Positions 38,518 through 52,704 are shown, numbered from the stretch's first letter. The stretch is DNA of 64,000 nt from Octopus bimaculoides (GCF_001194135.2 NC_068990.1:26099287-26163286); one strand, 5' to 3'. Translations and numbers: made by a program. Notes: generated by a model not told the origin, from the letters alone.

Positions 38518-40484
38518 GGTAGTAGTGGTAGTAGTAGCCTTTGTTGTTGTGGCTGATCTCGGTTTGGTAATGTGCAATTCAATACAGCGTTGGTAGGTAT
38601 TGACTTTCCATATCTGTCTGTTCGTCTGTCAATCTGCCTGTCCGCCCGTCCGTCCGTCTGTCGGTCGGTCGGTCTGTCTATCTCTGTTTCTTTCTTTCTC
38701 TCTGTCTGTCTATCTTCAGGTTTAAATCAGTCAAGGGTACCGGTAATATATTATGTCAATTCGCTAGGCTATCAACGGTTGGTATTACTTCCACCAGCAC
38801 CAGCACCACCACCACCATTGCTGCCACCACCGTCACTATACCCTAACATCACCCCCACCTCCTCCACTGCTGCTTTCTCACTCATTCCCCACCACCACCA
38901 CCACCACCACTACACCCCCCTCTTTCATTCATCCATGTAAAAATTGGCCAGGTGCCTCGTTCAAAGGAAATCAATATACAATCACATACCGCCTATATAG
39001 CTCTACATGCATAGATATATATATATATACACATATAGATATACACATATATACTTATACATACATACATGCACACACATATATACGCATACAAATATAT
39101 ACATAAATATACATATATATATATACATACATATATTCATTCATATACACATACATATATACATAAACAGACACATACATACATTTATATACATACACGT
39201 ATTTATATACATACACACACATATACATACATACACATATATATACGCATATACGTATACCATAATATAATATATATTATATAATGCATACATACATTTA
39301 CACATGTGTGTATATATGTGTGTGTGTCTGTGTACGAGTGTGTATATATATATACACACACATACAAATATATACATAAATATACATATATACACATATA
39401 TGCATTCATATATACATACATATACACATACTTACATACTCATACATATATATATATATACATGCACATACATATACGCATACATATACACATACATATA
39501 TACATACACAGACACATACATACACATACATATATATATATATACATACATACACATATACATTCACATACATACACATACATATATGCATATATGTATA
39601 CCATAATATATATTATATACATGCACACACACATTCACACACGTGTACATATATGTGTGTTTGTGTGTGTGTGTGTGTGTATGCATGTGTACATCATCAT
39701 CATCATCTACAAAGCAGTCTCCTCTCCTTGCTGTTCTGCCTGGTTGCCATCTCAGACTGTGTCTTCTCCTTGCCTAAAATGCAGCTATCGAATGTTAAAA
39801 TACCTCATCTCTCTCTCTCTCTCTTTCTCTATATCTACCTGACTTCATACAAATTGATTTACCTTAATTGCTCACCTGCCTTTTCTATTGATCTAGCATG
39901 CCAGTCAAACAGCAAACCAGCTTCACTTAGTCAGTCAGTCAGTCTGTCAGCTTACCTATCAATTAATCTAACTGATTACCTTCCTAACTCTAATTATCGA
40001 CTCCACCTACGTGCCTCAGTCCACCATGGCACCTCTTTGTGTTTGCTGGATTTACTAACAATAGCTAATAAAAATACCACCTCATTTTGCACCTTACTGA
40101 TATGAAAAAGGAATAAAGTACATTCATAGATGTAGTTCAATATCTACATACTTTAGTGAAGAAAACCACTTGTTAATTAGTCTGAAGTATGTAACTTACA
40201 CAAAGAAACAGCAATAATTAATGTCTACATTGTCTAGAAAATTCTTAAAAATTCTAATCTTAATATATTTTTCTCAAAATGTAGTTTTCAAGTTTCTTTT
40301 ATTATTTAAATTTGCCATGAGAAAGCACCTTAACACTGTGAGATAGTGTCCCCTCTCTGCCATTTCTCTCTTTTTCATATATTTCCACAGACATATCAAT
40401 AGAAATATTTCTCTGAATTATAAAAAAGAACCCAGCATCAACCAAATTCTGTTGCTTCACATATCCTTTCTGTGTTTATCTCTT

Positions 40485-40683
40485 GTCTTATATCTTTTAC
40501 TTGTTTCAGTCATTAGACTGTGGCCATGCTGGAGCAGTACTGCCTTGAAGAAATTTTTAGTCAAATGAATCAACTCTGGTGCTTATCGATTTCTTCTAAG
40601 GCCTGGTGCTTATTCTATTGGTCACTTTTGCTGAACTGCTAAGGACATAAATGCACCAACACCTGTTGTCAAGTGGTGGTGGA

Positions 40684-40720
<37 letters not shown>

Positions 40721-40845
40721 TGGTTTTTTTTCAGTTTCTGTCTACCAAATCCACTCAGAAGGCTTTAGTGCTACACAGTGGGATAGAACCCAGAACCACG
40801 TGGTTGGGAAGCAAACCTCTTACCACACAGCCATGCCTGTGCCTA
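40485..40845 (-). mobile_element. Family A SINE, internally deleted
   Basis: TTTTACTTGTTTCAGTCATTAGACTG...CACACAGCCATGCCTG. Confidence 0.8.
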
Positions 40846-41140
40846 AATGTTGGGAGTTTTGAAGAAAAGTAGTTTTAATTTATTTATGCCAGTTGTACCA
40901 AATATAAACAACAACAACAACAACAACAGCAACAGCGATAGGCCTTGCAAGAACTTCTATTTGTTTGATTGACCTGNNNNNNNNNNCTTGACATAAAAAC
41001 AATAACGCCTTCATTATTTTGTGTCGTTACTGCTTTTTAATTAGAAATATTTAAAGAAATTTAATGGAAGTGCAGGGTGTTCATAAATTAACTGTATACT
41101 TTGAAAAATTTGGAAAAAAATGAAATATCAAGATAAGGAT

Positions 41141-41590
41141 AGGCGCAGGAGTGGCTGTGTGGTAAGTAGCTTGCTTATCAACCACATGGTTCCGGGTTCA
41201 GTCCCACTGCATGGCACCTTGGGCAAGTGTCTTCTACTATAGCCTCGGGCCGACCAAAGCCTTGTGAGTGGATTGGTAGACGGAAACTGAAAGAAGCCCG
41301 TCGTATATATGTAGATGTGTGTATATATATGTGTGTCTGTGTTTGTCCTCGCAACATTGCTTGACAACCGATGCTGGTGTGTTTATGTCCCCGTAACTTA
41401 GCGGTTCGGCAAAAGAGACCAATAGAATAAGTACTAGGCTTCCAAAGAATAAGTCCTGGAGTCAATTTGCTCGACTATAAAGGCAGTGCTCCAGCATGNN
41501 NNNNNNNNAGTCCTGGAGTCAATTTGCTCGACTATAAAGGCAGTGCTCCAGCATGGCCGCAGTCAAATGACTGAAACAAGTAAAAGAGTA
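41141..41590 (+). mobile_element. Full-length, little-diverged family A SINE
   Basis: AGGCGCAGGAGTGGCTGTGTGGT (A box), GGTTCAGTCCC (B box), tail AAGTAAAAGAG. Confidence 0.9.
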
Positions 41591-41883
41591 TAACTCAGCG
41601 ATATTAATTGGAAACATAGGTAAACAAATAAAGTTTGATTATAAACATCAGAACATTTCTACGTGGATTCCATTGGTTACACACAACACACCTAGACAAT
41701 GTTGTGTGGAAGTTGTAAAAATCACTTATGGACACTCTGTACTTAACGAAATTGATAAAGAACAATAAAAATTCACTGATGTTATATTGATATGGTCAGA
41801 ATATTTTATGTGAAATATGTGTTTGGTGAATACTGGTCAATATTGCATCAATATTTGGCTGGAAACTTGAGTTTTAGCCTTAA

Positions 41884-42515
41884 CCTTTTAACATTGAGAT
41901 TATTCTATTAAACATCACTCATTTATTCACTTGAATTTATCCTGCATTATCTTGTAGCCTCAAGATTTTGATTGTGTGATAGTGTTTTTTTGTTTGTTTT
42001 TTTTTATTAACATTGTAAGGTGGTTGTGAGAGGCTGGATCTGGCTAGTTTGAACATAAAAACGGGATTTGACCTGTTTAAATGCTAAACCAGAGGCTGTC
42101 AAACGTTTTGGGCCACCACCACTCTCATGGCCACATAATACCCCCAGCACCCCCTATTTTTATGTATAAGTAAATATTCTATATTTTACTAATTTATATA
42201 TGAGTCATTTGATATTTAATATAATATTATATAATTTGTTGGTGGACCAGGTGGCTAGTCAAATCATCTAACCCATGCGTTCGCTTTCCATGCTAGCATG
42301 GAAAGCAGACGTTAAACGACGATGATGATGATGATGATGACTATAATAATAACATAATAAATTCATAGTGTCCCTCCATCCACTGCTTTCCTCCCAACGC
42401 CTCCTTTTTCTCTACCGCCCTGTTAGGCACCAGCACCCACCTGGACCCTTTCAACGCCCACCAGGGGACGGGGTGGTAAAGCCCACTTTGAGAACCTATG
42501 TGCTAAATGGTAAAT
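41884..42515. mobile_element. TTAA-bounded piggyBac-type MITE interrupted near its right end
   Basis: TTAA at 41880-83 then CCTTTTAACATT...; right end TTTAAATGCTAAA resumes after the hAT MITE as TGCTAAATGGTAA. Confidence 0.55.
42090..42500. mobile_element. hAT-type MITE containing a family C tail
   Basis: TIRs CAGAGGCTGTCAAA / TTTGAGAACCTATG; 8-bp TSD TGCTAAAC (42082-89) / TGCTAAAT (42501-08). Confidence 0.75.
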
Positions 42516-43554
42516 TGCTGAAAATTCAATCTCTTAATNNNNNNNNNNNNNNNNNNNNNNNNNNNNNNNNNNNNNNNNNNNNNNNNNNNNNNNNNNNNNN
42601 NNNNNNNNNNNNNNNNNNNNNNNNNNNNNNNNNNNNNNNNNNNNNNNNNNNNNNNNNNNNNNNNNNNNNNNNNNNNNNNNNNNNNNNNNNNNNNNNNNNN
42701 NNNNNNNNNNNNNNNNNNNNNNNNNNNNNNNNNNNNNNNNNNNNNNNNNNNNNNNNNNNNNNNNNNNNNNNNNNNNNNNNNNNNNNNNNNNNNNNNNNNN
42801 NNNNNNNNNNNNNNNNNNNNNNNNNNNNNNNNNNNNNNNNNNNNNNNNNNNNNNNNNNNNNNNNNNNNNNNNNNNNNNNNNNNNNNNNNNNNNNNNNNNN
42901 NNNNNNNNNNNNNNNNNNNNNNNNNNNNNNNNNNNNNNNNNNNNNNNNNNNNNNNNNNNNNNNNNNNNNNNNNNNNNNNNNNNNNNNNNNNNNNNNNNNN
43001 NNNNNNNNNNNNNNNNNNNNNNNNNNNNNNNNNNNNNNNNNNNNNNNNNNNNNNNNNNNNNNNNNNNNNNNNNNNNNNNNNNNNNNNNNNNNNNNNNNNN
43101 NNNNNNNNNNNNNNNNNNNNNNNNNNNNNNNNNNNNNNNNNNNNNNNNNNNNNNNNNNNNNNNNNNNNNNNNNNNNNNNNNNNNNNNNNNNNNNNNNNNN
43201 NNNNNNNNNNNNNNNNNNNNNNNNNNNNNNNNNNNNNNNNNNNNNNNNNNNNNNNNNNNNNNNNNNNNNNNNNNNNNNNNNNNNNNNNNNNNNNNNNNNN
43301 NNNNNNNNNNNNNNNNNNNNNNNNNNNNNNNNNNNNNNNNNNNNNNNNNNNNNNNNNNNNNNNNNNNNNNNNNNNNNNNNNNNNNNNNNNNNNNNNNNNN
43401 NNNNNNNNNNNNNNNNNNNNNNNNNNNNNNNNNNNNNNNNNNNNNNNNNNNNNNNNNNNNNNNNNNNNNNNNNNNNNNNNNNNNNNNNNNATTTAATATA
43501 ATATTATATAATTTGTTGGTGGACCAGGTGGCTAGTCAAATCATCTAACCCATG

Positions 43555-43873
43555 CGTTCGCTTTCCATGCTAGCATGGGTTGGACGATTTGACTGGGGAC
43601 TGGCAAACTAGAGGGCTGCACCAGACTCCAATCTGATCTGGCAAAGTTTCTACAGCTGGATGCCCTTCCTTATGCCAACCACTCTGTGTTTCTTTCAATT
43701 AATTTTAAATATAACAAAGAATTTAGTAAAATAACTCAGTTATCATTCAGCTAGTGTTAGGAACATAAATTGTGACAAAGGTTTGATGGAAGATTTTGAT
43801 TCAAAACTTATGAAAAGAAGACATTTGTACTACAGAGCCAGAGGCGGTTTCAGGCAGGTTGATATGGAAAGGG
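43555..43873. mobile_element. Family C tail (-, to ~43685) followed by a piggyBac-type MITE right part ending GGG|TTAA
   Basis: AATTAATTTT...GAATTTAGTAAAATAAC...AAAGGGTTAA; related to 55185-55410. Confidence 0.6.
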
Positions 43874-44099
43874 TTAAGCAATTCTGAGAGGCCCTTCCTC
43901 TAAAAAGCTGTTTGTCAGGGAATTCATTTGGAGTTGTTTGTCAGTCTACTGGTGTTAAAAGAAGAAATGTCCACTGCGTTGAGTTCTGCTATTTCCCTGG
44001 TACAACCTACTTTATCAAATCCAGATTAAAGAAGGGCAAAATTGGGTCTTACTGAACTAACAGAATTTTATCTTCTTAGAAATAGTTTTTGATTGTCAG

Positions 44100-44305
44100 C
44101 ACAAGGCAAGCCAGTTTGAAGAGAGAAGCTTAGTCAATACCTTCAACTCCACTACTTCACTAGTTCTTTGTTTTATCAGCTGTAAAAAAGGATGAAAGGC
44201 AAAGTTGACCTCGGCAGGATTTGAACTCTGAATGTAAAGAGTTGGAACTAAACTCAGCAATGTATGTTTTTTTCACTGATGCTCTATTGATTCTGTCAAT
44301 GTACC
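44100..44305 (-). mobile_element. Diverged family B SINE
   Basis: GGATGAAAGGCAAAGTTGACCTCGGCAGGATTTGAACTC. Confidence 0.7.
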
Positions 44306-45999
44306 ATCTTTTGCCAATACACTGTAATCACCCTTTAGAAATAATAAACAGAATTCTCATAGCAATGCTGTGAGCGAGTGAGAGAGGGAAAAAAAGAGAC
44401 AGAGGATAATATATAAAAGAGAGAGAGGGAGAGAAAAAAGAATTGAGAATATATATAAAAGAGAGACAAAGACTAAGATATAAGTATATATATATATATN
44501 NNNNNNNNNNNNNNNNNNNNNNNNNNNNNNNNNNNNNNNNNNNNNNNNNNNNNNNNNNNNNNNNNNNNNNNNNNNNNNNNNNNNNNNNNNNNNNNNNNNN
44601 NNNNNNNNNNNNNNNNNNNNNNNNNNNNNNNNNNNNNNNNNNNNNNNNNNNNNNNNNNNNNNNNNNNNNNNNNNNNNNNNNNNNNNNNNNNNNNNNNNNN
44701 NNNNNNNNNNNNNNNNNNNNNNNNNNNNNNNNNNNNNNNNNNNNNNNNNNNNNNNNNNNNNNNNNNNNNNATATATATGGAAAGGCAGCAGCTGAAGGCG
44801 GTGGGGTTGGCAGAGGACTAAAGCCAAAGAAAGAGAAAAATGGAAGTAAGTGAGAAACATGAAGCTAGAAATGGTAAAATGAAGGACTGAACTGTTATGG
44901 AATAGGAGTGACACTAGTAAAAGCTTTTGACTCTCCACTCAATTATTTCTCGTAACTTTTACTACCAAACCATCAAAGAAATACTTCAAACACCTCGCAA
45001 AAAAAAAAAAAAAAATTCTGATATTCTGACCAAAGTATTTCTTAGAACTCATGGAAAAATAATTCCTGGATTATTGAGCTTTTTTTTTGGTTTTGTTTCT
45101 TTTGTAAAATACATTGATTTGACTGGGTTAGTCTCTGCCATTGTTGCTGCCTGCTTTTTATTTTATTCCAGGTTCAACTTGATCAACCAGACCAATGGTT
45201 AAAGAGATTCTGCCTGCGACAACCTCGCATTTATGATATTTTTCAGACATAAGAACAGGTATAGCCGTGTTGTTTAAGATATTCATTTCAAACCAAATGG
45301 TTCAAGGATCATTCCTGCTTGCCCAAGATGCCATCCAAGTGTAATTTGGCCAAGCAGGATCAATCCCTGAATACAAAGTACCACTCTGGGGTACTGTGGA
45401 GAAATTTCTTTTGCTGTACCCTCTGGTTGACCAAAACCTTTTCTGTAAAATTTGGAAGACATCCACTTTTCCATGCTTGCATGAAATCAAACAGAAATTA
45501 TTGAGCCAGATTTTTCTAAGACCGAATGTCTTTTTTGCTGCCAACTGTCATGTGTTTCTGGGTAAAGTAATATTCCCCTGCCCCCATGGCCAGGCATGTT
45601 CTTGCAGGACATTGGAAATGAAAAATATTGTTTGTACAATGGTGACACATTTAAAACCAAATGCAAATACAGGATACAATATCAAGAGCAGTTAAAGGAA
45701 AAACAAACACCAGAACAATTGTCTTCCTGCAGACCACCACAGTCCACCTTGTCATTTCTTAGCTAGACCACATGCTGGTTAAGTAAGTCATGGTCATGCT
45801 CATGACAATATTGGCTTTGGTGTCCTGAAGACTCATGTGATGAGTCACCAGGCGAAGTGAAGGAATTGTAAATATTGATGAAGGATAGGAATGGTAACAT
45901 GAGTCTGTTGTTGATTGTCTACTTAGTTGGATTCTATTTTTACTCCTTTTTTTTTCTATCTTATCACTGAACATTCATGCATAGTCTTTGATGCATATG

Positions 46000-46173
46000 T
46001 GGGCACAGGATGTCACGAAACGTGTACAAAAATAAAAAAGGTTCTAAGTACGAGTACATGGAACATGAACTATTCTTTTGAACAACGAAAGACTGAAATG
46101 GAAAACAAAACAAACAACATAAAGAACGACAACTTCATCAGTTGTTGGCTGTTTTTCTAGTCTCGTATTTCGA

Positions 46174-46178
<5 letters not shown>
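46000..46178 (-). repeat. Family E dispersed repeat copy
   Basis: CTTCATCAGTTGTTGGCTGT is the reverse complement of the 1130-1149 motif. Confidence 0.6.
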
Positions 46179-46212
<34 letters not shown>

Positions 46213-46574
46213 TACATATGTATTCTTTTCTCTGTTTCAGCTTTGAGGCTGCTGCCATGCTATACATATTTTTCATATATAATTGAAGAAATTAGAGTCA
46301 ACAAGAAGGAATACGGTTTGACAGTTATTTTGTAATCACTACAATTGTTTCCACACAACGTGGTTCTCCAAAAATACAGGTATTTGATTATACAACTATT
46401 TGTTTGCATAATGAGATTCAGTTGTGTTTCCTCAGGTGATATTCAAGTGTTGTCTCTGTTAGTTTAAAATCTTTGACTCCAAGGCCATCCTATCCGTCTG
46501 TCTTAGTTTGAATTTTGTAGCAGACGGTAGATTCATGTTGTTTGCTGCTAGAGTGTGTTTGTCAGACTGCTGTG

Positions 46575-46776
46575 AGTAGCAGTCATTAGACTGCAGCCAT
46601 GCTGGGGCACTGCCCTGAAGAATCTTCGTCAAACAAATTGCCCCAGTACATTTTTTGGAAGCTTGGTACTTGTATTTTGTTGGTCTCTTTTGCCGAACCA
46701 CTAAGCTATGGGAGCACACCAGCACTGGTTGTTAAGCGGTGTTGGGGGACAAACGCAAGCACAAAGAGAGAGGGAG

Positions 46777-46810
<34 letters not shown>

Positions 46811-47174
46811 ATAACGTCTTTCAGTTTCCATCTACGAAATCCACTCACATGGCTTTGGTCAACCCAGGGCTATAGTAGAACACACTTGCCCAATGTGTCA
46901 TGCAGTGGGACTGAACCCAGAACCCTGTGGTTGGGAAGCAAACTTCTTACCACACAGCCATTACTGTGCCTACTACTACTACTACTACTACATGTGCACA
47001 CACACACACACACACACATGATGGGCTTTCACACTATTTCCATTTCCCAAATCCACTCACAAGGTTTTGGTGGCTCAGAGCAACGGCAAAAAATACTTGC
47101 CAAGGTGCCATGCAGTGGAACAGAACCTGAAACCATGAGGTTGGGAGACAAACTACTGAACCACACAGTAATGC
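46575..47174 (-). mobile_element. Two family A SINEs (46575-46960 and 47020-47174)
   Basis: Family motifs reversed. Confidence 0.8.
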
Positions 47175-48289
47175 NNNNNNNNNNNNNNNNNNNNNNNNNN
47201 NNNNNNNNNNNNNNNNNNNNNNNNNNNNNNNNNNNNNNNNNNNNNNNNNNNNNNNNNNNNNNNNNNNNNNNNNNNNNNNNNNNNNNNNNNNNNNNNNNNN
47301 NNNNNNNNNNNNNNNNNNNNNNNNNNNNNNNNNNNNNNNNNNNNNNNNNNNNNNNNNNNNNNNNNNNNNNNNNNNNNNNNNNNNNNNNNNNNNNNNNNNN
47401 NNNNNNNNNNNNNNNNNNNNNNNNNNNNNNNNNNNNNNNNNNNNNNNNNNNNNNNNNNNNNNNNNNNNNNNNNNNNNNNNNNNNNNNNNNNNNNNNNNNN
47501 NNNNNNNNNNNNNNNNNNNNNNNNNNNNNNNNNNNNNNNNNNNNNNNNNNNNNNNNNNNNNNNNNNNNNNNNNNNNNNNNNNNNNNNNNNNNNNNNNNNN
47601 NNNNNNNNNNNNNNNNNNNNNNNNNNNNNNNNNNNNNNNNNNNNNNNNNNNNNNNNNNNNNNNNNNNNNNNNNNNNNNNNNNNNNNNNNNNNNNNNNNNN
47701 NNNNNNNNNNNNNNNNNNNNNNNNNNNNNNNNNNNNNNNNNNNNNNNNNNNNNNNNNNNNNNNNNNNNNNNNNNNNNNNNNNNNNNNNNNNNNNNNNNNN
47801 NNNNNNNNNNNNAAAAAACCCAATAAAATCATCCAAACTTTATTTTTTCTTCTGCATCGACTGAAGAAAGTCAATAAAATCGCTCAACATAAAAGTGAGT
47901 CCAATTCATTCATTTTTTTTTTTTATTTATATTCCCTTTTTTTTTTTACTTGCTAGTTTTGTTTTCTTTCCGTAAAGTATTTCAGAAAATTAAAAATGTT
48001 TTGTGTTTTCAGAGCTTAGACGTCAAGTGCTGACTTTATATTCATTTTTGCAATTTCAAATGCTGAGATGTTATTGAGACATGCATTACCTGAAGTATCT
48101 GGGGTATTCCTATAACCCCTCCCTAACACACACACACACACATGTATATACACATGCACACATGCTTATATGTATCACCTTCTTCCCTACATCATTGCGC
48201 AATCCACCTGTAAACTTTGTTTTTGCTGTTTCTTGGGGTTATTAAGTATTTGGGTTTCTTCAACAATCATACACCCTTTTCTGATAGCA

Positions 48290-48341
<52 letters not shown>

Positions 48342-48371
48342 GTACGTATGTTGGATTCTAGGACTTGTACT

Positions 48372-48687
48372 GGTGACATGTTAGAAAATCATTCGAGCGA
48401 GGTCGTTGCCAGTGCCGCTGGACTGGCTCCCATGCAGGTGGCATGTAAAAAACACCTTTTTGAGCGTGGCCGTTGCCAGTACCGTGTGACTGGCCCTCAT
48501 GTCAGTGGCATGTAAAAGCACCCACTACACTCTTGGAGTGGTTGGCATTAGGAAGGGCATCCAGCTGTAGAAACTCTGCCAAATCAGATCAGAGACTGGT
48601 GTATCCATCTGGTTCACCAGTCCTCAGTCAAATCGTCCAGCCCATGCTAGCATGGAAAACGGACATTAAACGATGATGATGATGATG
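48372..48687 (+). mobile_element. Family C element with an internal ~60-bp diverged duplication
   Basis: CGTTGCCAGT...GACTGGC...GTGGCATGTAAAA occurs twice; (GAT)n tail. Confidence 0.8.
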
Positions 48688-48699
48688 CATGGATGTATG

Positions 48700-48850
48700 T
48701 GTTCCAAAGCTGGAGATCTTGGCCTTGCTTGATTCTGGACAACTTGGCTTTGTTGGTGAAAATCTTAACAGCGTTGTGCAAGTTTCTATTCACTTTAAAC
48801 TTCAGTACAGACATCACTGAAAGCTATTGTCCTTTACACATAGCATGAGA
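48700..48850 (-). pseudogene. Possible RTE-clade LINE post-RT remnant
   Basis: Minus frame VMSVLKFKVNRNLHNAVKIFTNKAKLSRIKQGQDLQLW loosely resembles RTE 'SVLLYG.ETW...L.IF.NKCLRRIL.I.W.D...LW'. Confidence 0.35.
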
Positions 48851-48902
48851 TAATTTGTCAGCAACGGTCATACTCACATAGCAGTTGACAGACACCATAT
48901 AT

Positions 48903-48961
<59 letters not shown>

Positions 48962-49258
48962 AGTTTAATGGCATTCTAACTAATAAATGATGGGCACTAC
49001 AGTGAGTCTTTTCTCGATAATTTGATTCTTTATATGTTTAACATTTTTCTTTCTTTTTTTTTGTGTAAAAATATGTTGATAATAAAATTGAGATAATTTT
49101 CATTGAAAAAAAATTTGAAACAAGTTATCTCTTTATCCACATTCTTGTACTTTGAAAAAGAAAAATGGATGGAGGTGGGAATTAAGCAGCTGAAGAAGGG
49201 GGTGGAGGGAGTAACGAGTTATACACCTGACACCAAATGGTGTGGGCAAATGTACATT

Positions 49259-49541
49259 GAAGGCGGTGAGCTGACAGAATTGTTAGCACACCAGGCGAAA
49301 TGCTAAGTGGTATTTCGTCTGCTGCTACGTTCTGAGTTCAAATTCCACTGATGTCAACTTTGCCTTTCATCCTTTCGGGGTCGATTAAATNNNNNNNNNN
49401 AGGTCGACTTTGCCTTTCATCCTTTCGGGGTCGATTAAATAAGTACCAGTTATGCACTGGGGTTGATGTAATCGACTTAATCCCTTCGTTTGTTGTTGTT
49501 TGTCCCCTCTATGTTTAGCCCCTTGTGGGCAAAAAAGAATT
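49259..49541 (+). mobile_element. Family B SINE (long-tail type) with a gap-associated duplication
   Basis: Family motifs. Confidence 0.85.
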
Positions 49542-50404
49542 AAATGTACCTCGTGGAGACAAGTGCAAAGGTATTGCTGCAGAGAATGGTAAGCGGCACT
49601 CACTACAACAGTCAGCCCACCTTGTAGCACTCATTTCTCTGATTGGCCCACAGTTATCTCGATTTTGCAAATTAATCAATTAATTAGTAACACCTGCCAG
49701 AAAAAGTAATACCTGTAAAATTTCATGTATTGTGGAAATTAGCAATAAATAAAATTCGGTGCTAATAAAATATTCACAATTTGATGAATCCTCACAGCTT
49801 TATCTAAAATTCCTTATTAGCATTTAATGTGTGTTATATATTTTACCTGTCATCAAATATTTATCATATGAATCAGTGTTTATTATAGAATATTGTTTGT
49901 ATTTAAATTAAGTCTACCTTCTTTGACTCAAGTTTCCATTTTGAACAAAATGGTAAATTCTAAAAAATATACTGAAATATTATTATTGAATATGTAATGA
50001 AATAAAAACTTGATAAACGATATTATAAGGTATTGCTTTCTGGGCATTATCGACATTTTATTATCAAGATATTTTTTCCTGTATTTCGTTTCATTATCGG
50101 AAATACTACCGTTGATTTTAACAACACTTTTCTTTCATTATTTAAACAATGTTTTCACCTGTTTTTTTTATTTTATTTATTTATAATATTGCTGCTAAAT
50201 TTAATGACATCTGGTAAATGTCAAATTATCATTTGANNNNNNNNNNNNNNNNNNNNNNNNNNNNNNNNNNNNNNNNNNNNNNNNNNNNNNNNNNNNNNNN
50301 NNNNNNNNNNNNNNNNNNNNNNNNNNNNNNNNNNNNNNNNNNNNNNNNNNNNNNNNNNNNNNNNNNNNNNNNNNNNNNNNNNNNNNNNNNNNNNNNNNNN
50401 NNNN

Positions 50405-50447
<43 letters not shown>

Positions 50448-51000
50448 CCACAACAATCCAGATGGAAATTAGACCTCCTCAAGCTTCATTGGTTATCTGG
50501 AATGTATTTCATTTGATATCAAATATACTCAGAATTATCCAATCAAATTTTCACATTTATTTCACAACGATAATGAGAGTTCAGATGTTATCTTTTAATC
50601 AGTTTCAAAGGTATATTTTATGTAATTAATAACACCTGGAAGAAGGTGCTTCTTTTCCACTCACCAAAGTGAATGGAACTTTGGCCAGGAGGAATTGATG
50701 TCATCAGATGATATCCAACAATCATCAGCTGTTTTAACCCTGAACCGTATCAGCTTCACATTTGTAGGTTAGCAGAGATGGCCAAATCACTGCTCATCAT
50801 CTCCTCCAGGCTTCCAGCTTAATTCCTCCCTTTTGCTCTATAACCAGCAAGAGGCTCATTCTGGTGCCTCTCCCATCCTGCGCACAGCCACCCTTTGATC
50901 CTTTCCTCTCAGTTCAATTGCTATATACCTCAGTGTCTATTCAGGCACTGGTGTTGCTAATAACCAGTGGGCTTATTAAAAAATAATTAATGTCAATAGA

Positions 51001-51246
51001 AGCAATATTAATCTCCAACTTAACATGGAGATTGTGTTAAAACACAGAATACTGTGTTATTTACCTAGATAAAATCTTTCATAAAAGGACTTGTGGCGCA
51101 TAAAAGCACACAATTATATCACTGACAAATTGTCTGCTATGATCACCAGAACTTTCATAAGGACTGGAGAAATCCTCTCCAAGTAAATAACACAGTATTC
51201 TCTGCTCAGACTCAACCTTCATATTAAGCTGGAGATCAAGATTACT
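51001..51246. mobile_element. MITE-like element with ~65-bp imperfect terminal inverted repeats
   Basis: ATCTCCAACTTAACATGG...AGAATACTGTGTTATTTAC vs GTAAATAACACAGTATTCT...TATTAAGCTGGAGAT. Confidence 0.7.
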
Positions 51247-52704
51247 TCTCCTTTGGTATTATTTATGGGTTTAAGTGTAACACTTAATCCTCAAAATGAA
51301 ACAAAATGGGAAAGTTGCAGGGAGTCACTGTGAGCCATTTGGTGTCAATTATACAACAAATTAGTTATTTTGTTATCTTATTGTATGTGAATGTTTCATA
51401 ATATGTGTATGTATGTGGTATTTACTCAATGGACTGGCATCCTATCCAGGGGAATGTTGTGAGCTGTATCACATAAATACCATGGAGAGCAGATCAGGTA
51501 ACTGGCCTTTTAAGTCCTAGGGTTCAAGAAAAATGAATACTATTTTAGTGAGTGTGTGTATGTGAAGTATATGTGTCTGTGTAAAGTTTATACGCATGTG
51601 CCGAGGTGAGATTTTGTTCTGGTGTTAAACTGCATGTAATGTATACGCTTTTATGTGTGTGTGTGTTTGTGTGCATACACACATACATATATGTATTCAT
51701 ACATGCACACACACACATACATACACACATACATACACACATACAAATGTGTGTGTGTGTGTGAGTTAAGTACATATCTGTACAACTAGGAATATTTATC
51801 AGTGTAGCATTAAACATGACGGCAATATAAACTCTGCAGATCTCATTTTGACCAAAGTGGAATATTTTCAGACTGTTCAGGGATTTGTTCTAAGTATAAA
51901 GTTCCTGATAAGGACCTCACCTTTGCATGAATCACTCAAATAAAATCTAAAATCCTTTACATACCATTTTTTAAAAAATCTCTTTCTTTTCTCTTTTTAT
52001 GCTAAAATATGCTCTGTTGGGGGGTTTTATGGCTAAGATAAAAAAAAACCCCAAAAGCTTGTAAATTCCTGCTTGTTCTTAATGAGCCCTTTCAATACAT
52101 TTGAAGTGAATTTCAAATTTGAATTTAGCTTGAAGAATATCACTTACCCTACAATGAAATCTAGAATCTCTTCAAGAAACTGATTCCAAAAATAGTCTTT
52201 CTTTTATATTTTGGAATTAGTGCCAAGAAATTATTCTATGTGGAGGAATTGGTTACCTGAGGAGATAGCTGAGATGAAGGCAACTAATTCTTGTGAATTA
52301 ACCATGAAGATTTTTACTGTAAAATGTTATTAAACATTAGAAGCACCGAATGGAGAGGGAAAAGAGAAACAAGTCTACTAGTTGGTCTTTTAATCATATC
52401 TGTCTATGATTAATGCTTGATATATGATTATCGATATAAGAGGGAAGTGGCTTAGTGTACAGGTTGTTGTGGGTTCGATTCTTGCACCAGGCAGGAATCA
52501 AAGGTGTCACTTTCACACCTTTCAATTTCAATTGTCATTGAAAAACAACACAAGATCGTCACAGAATTCCCAATACTTTTAATACCAACCACAACAACAT
52601 TATTTTCATTACGTGTGTATGTGTGTGTGTATATATTTTATGTATTTCTTTATTTTGCTTATGACAATTTTTTTTATTCCTTTGTTATTCTAATTTCTTA
52701 TGCC

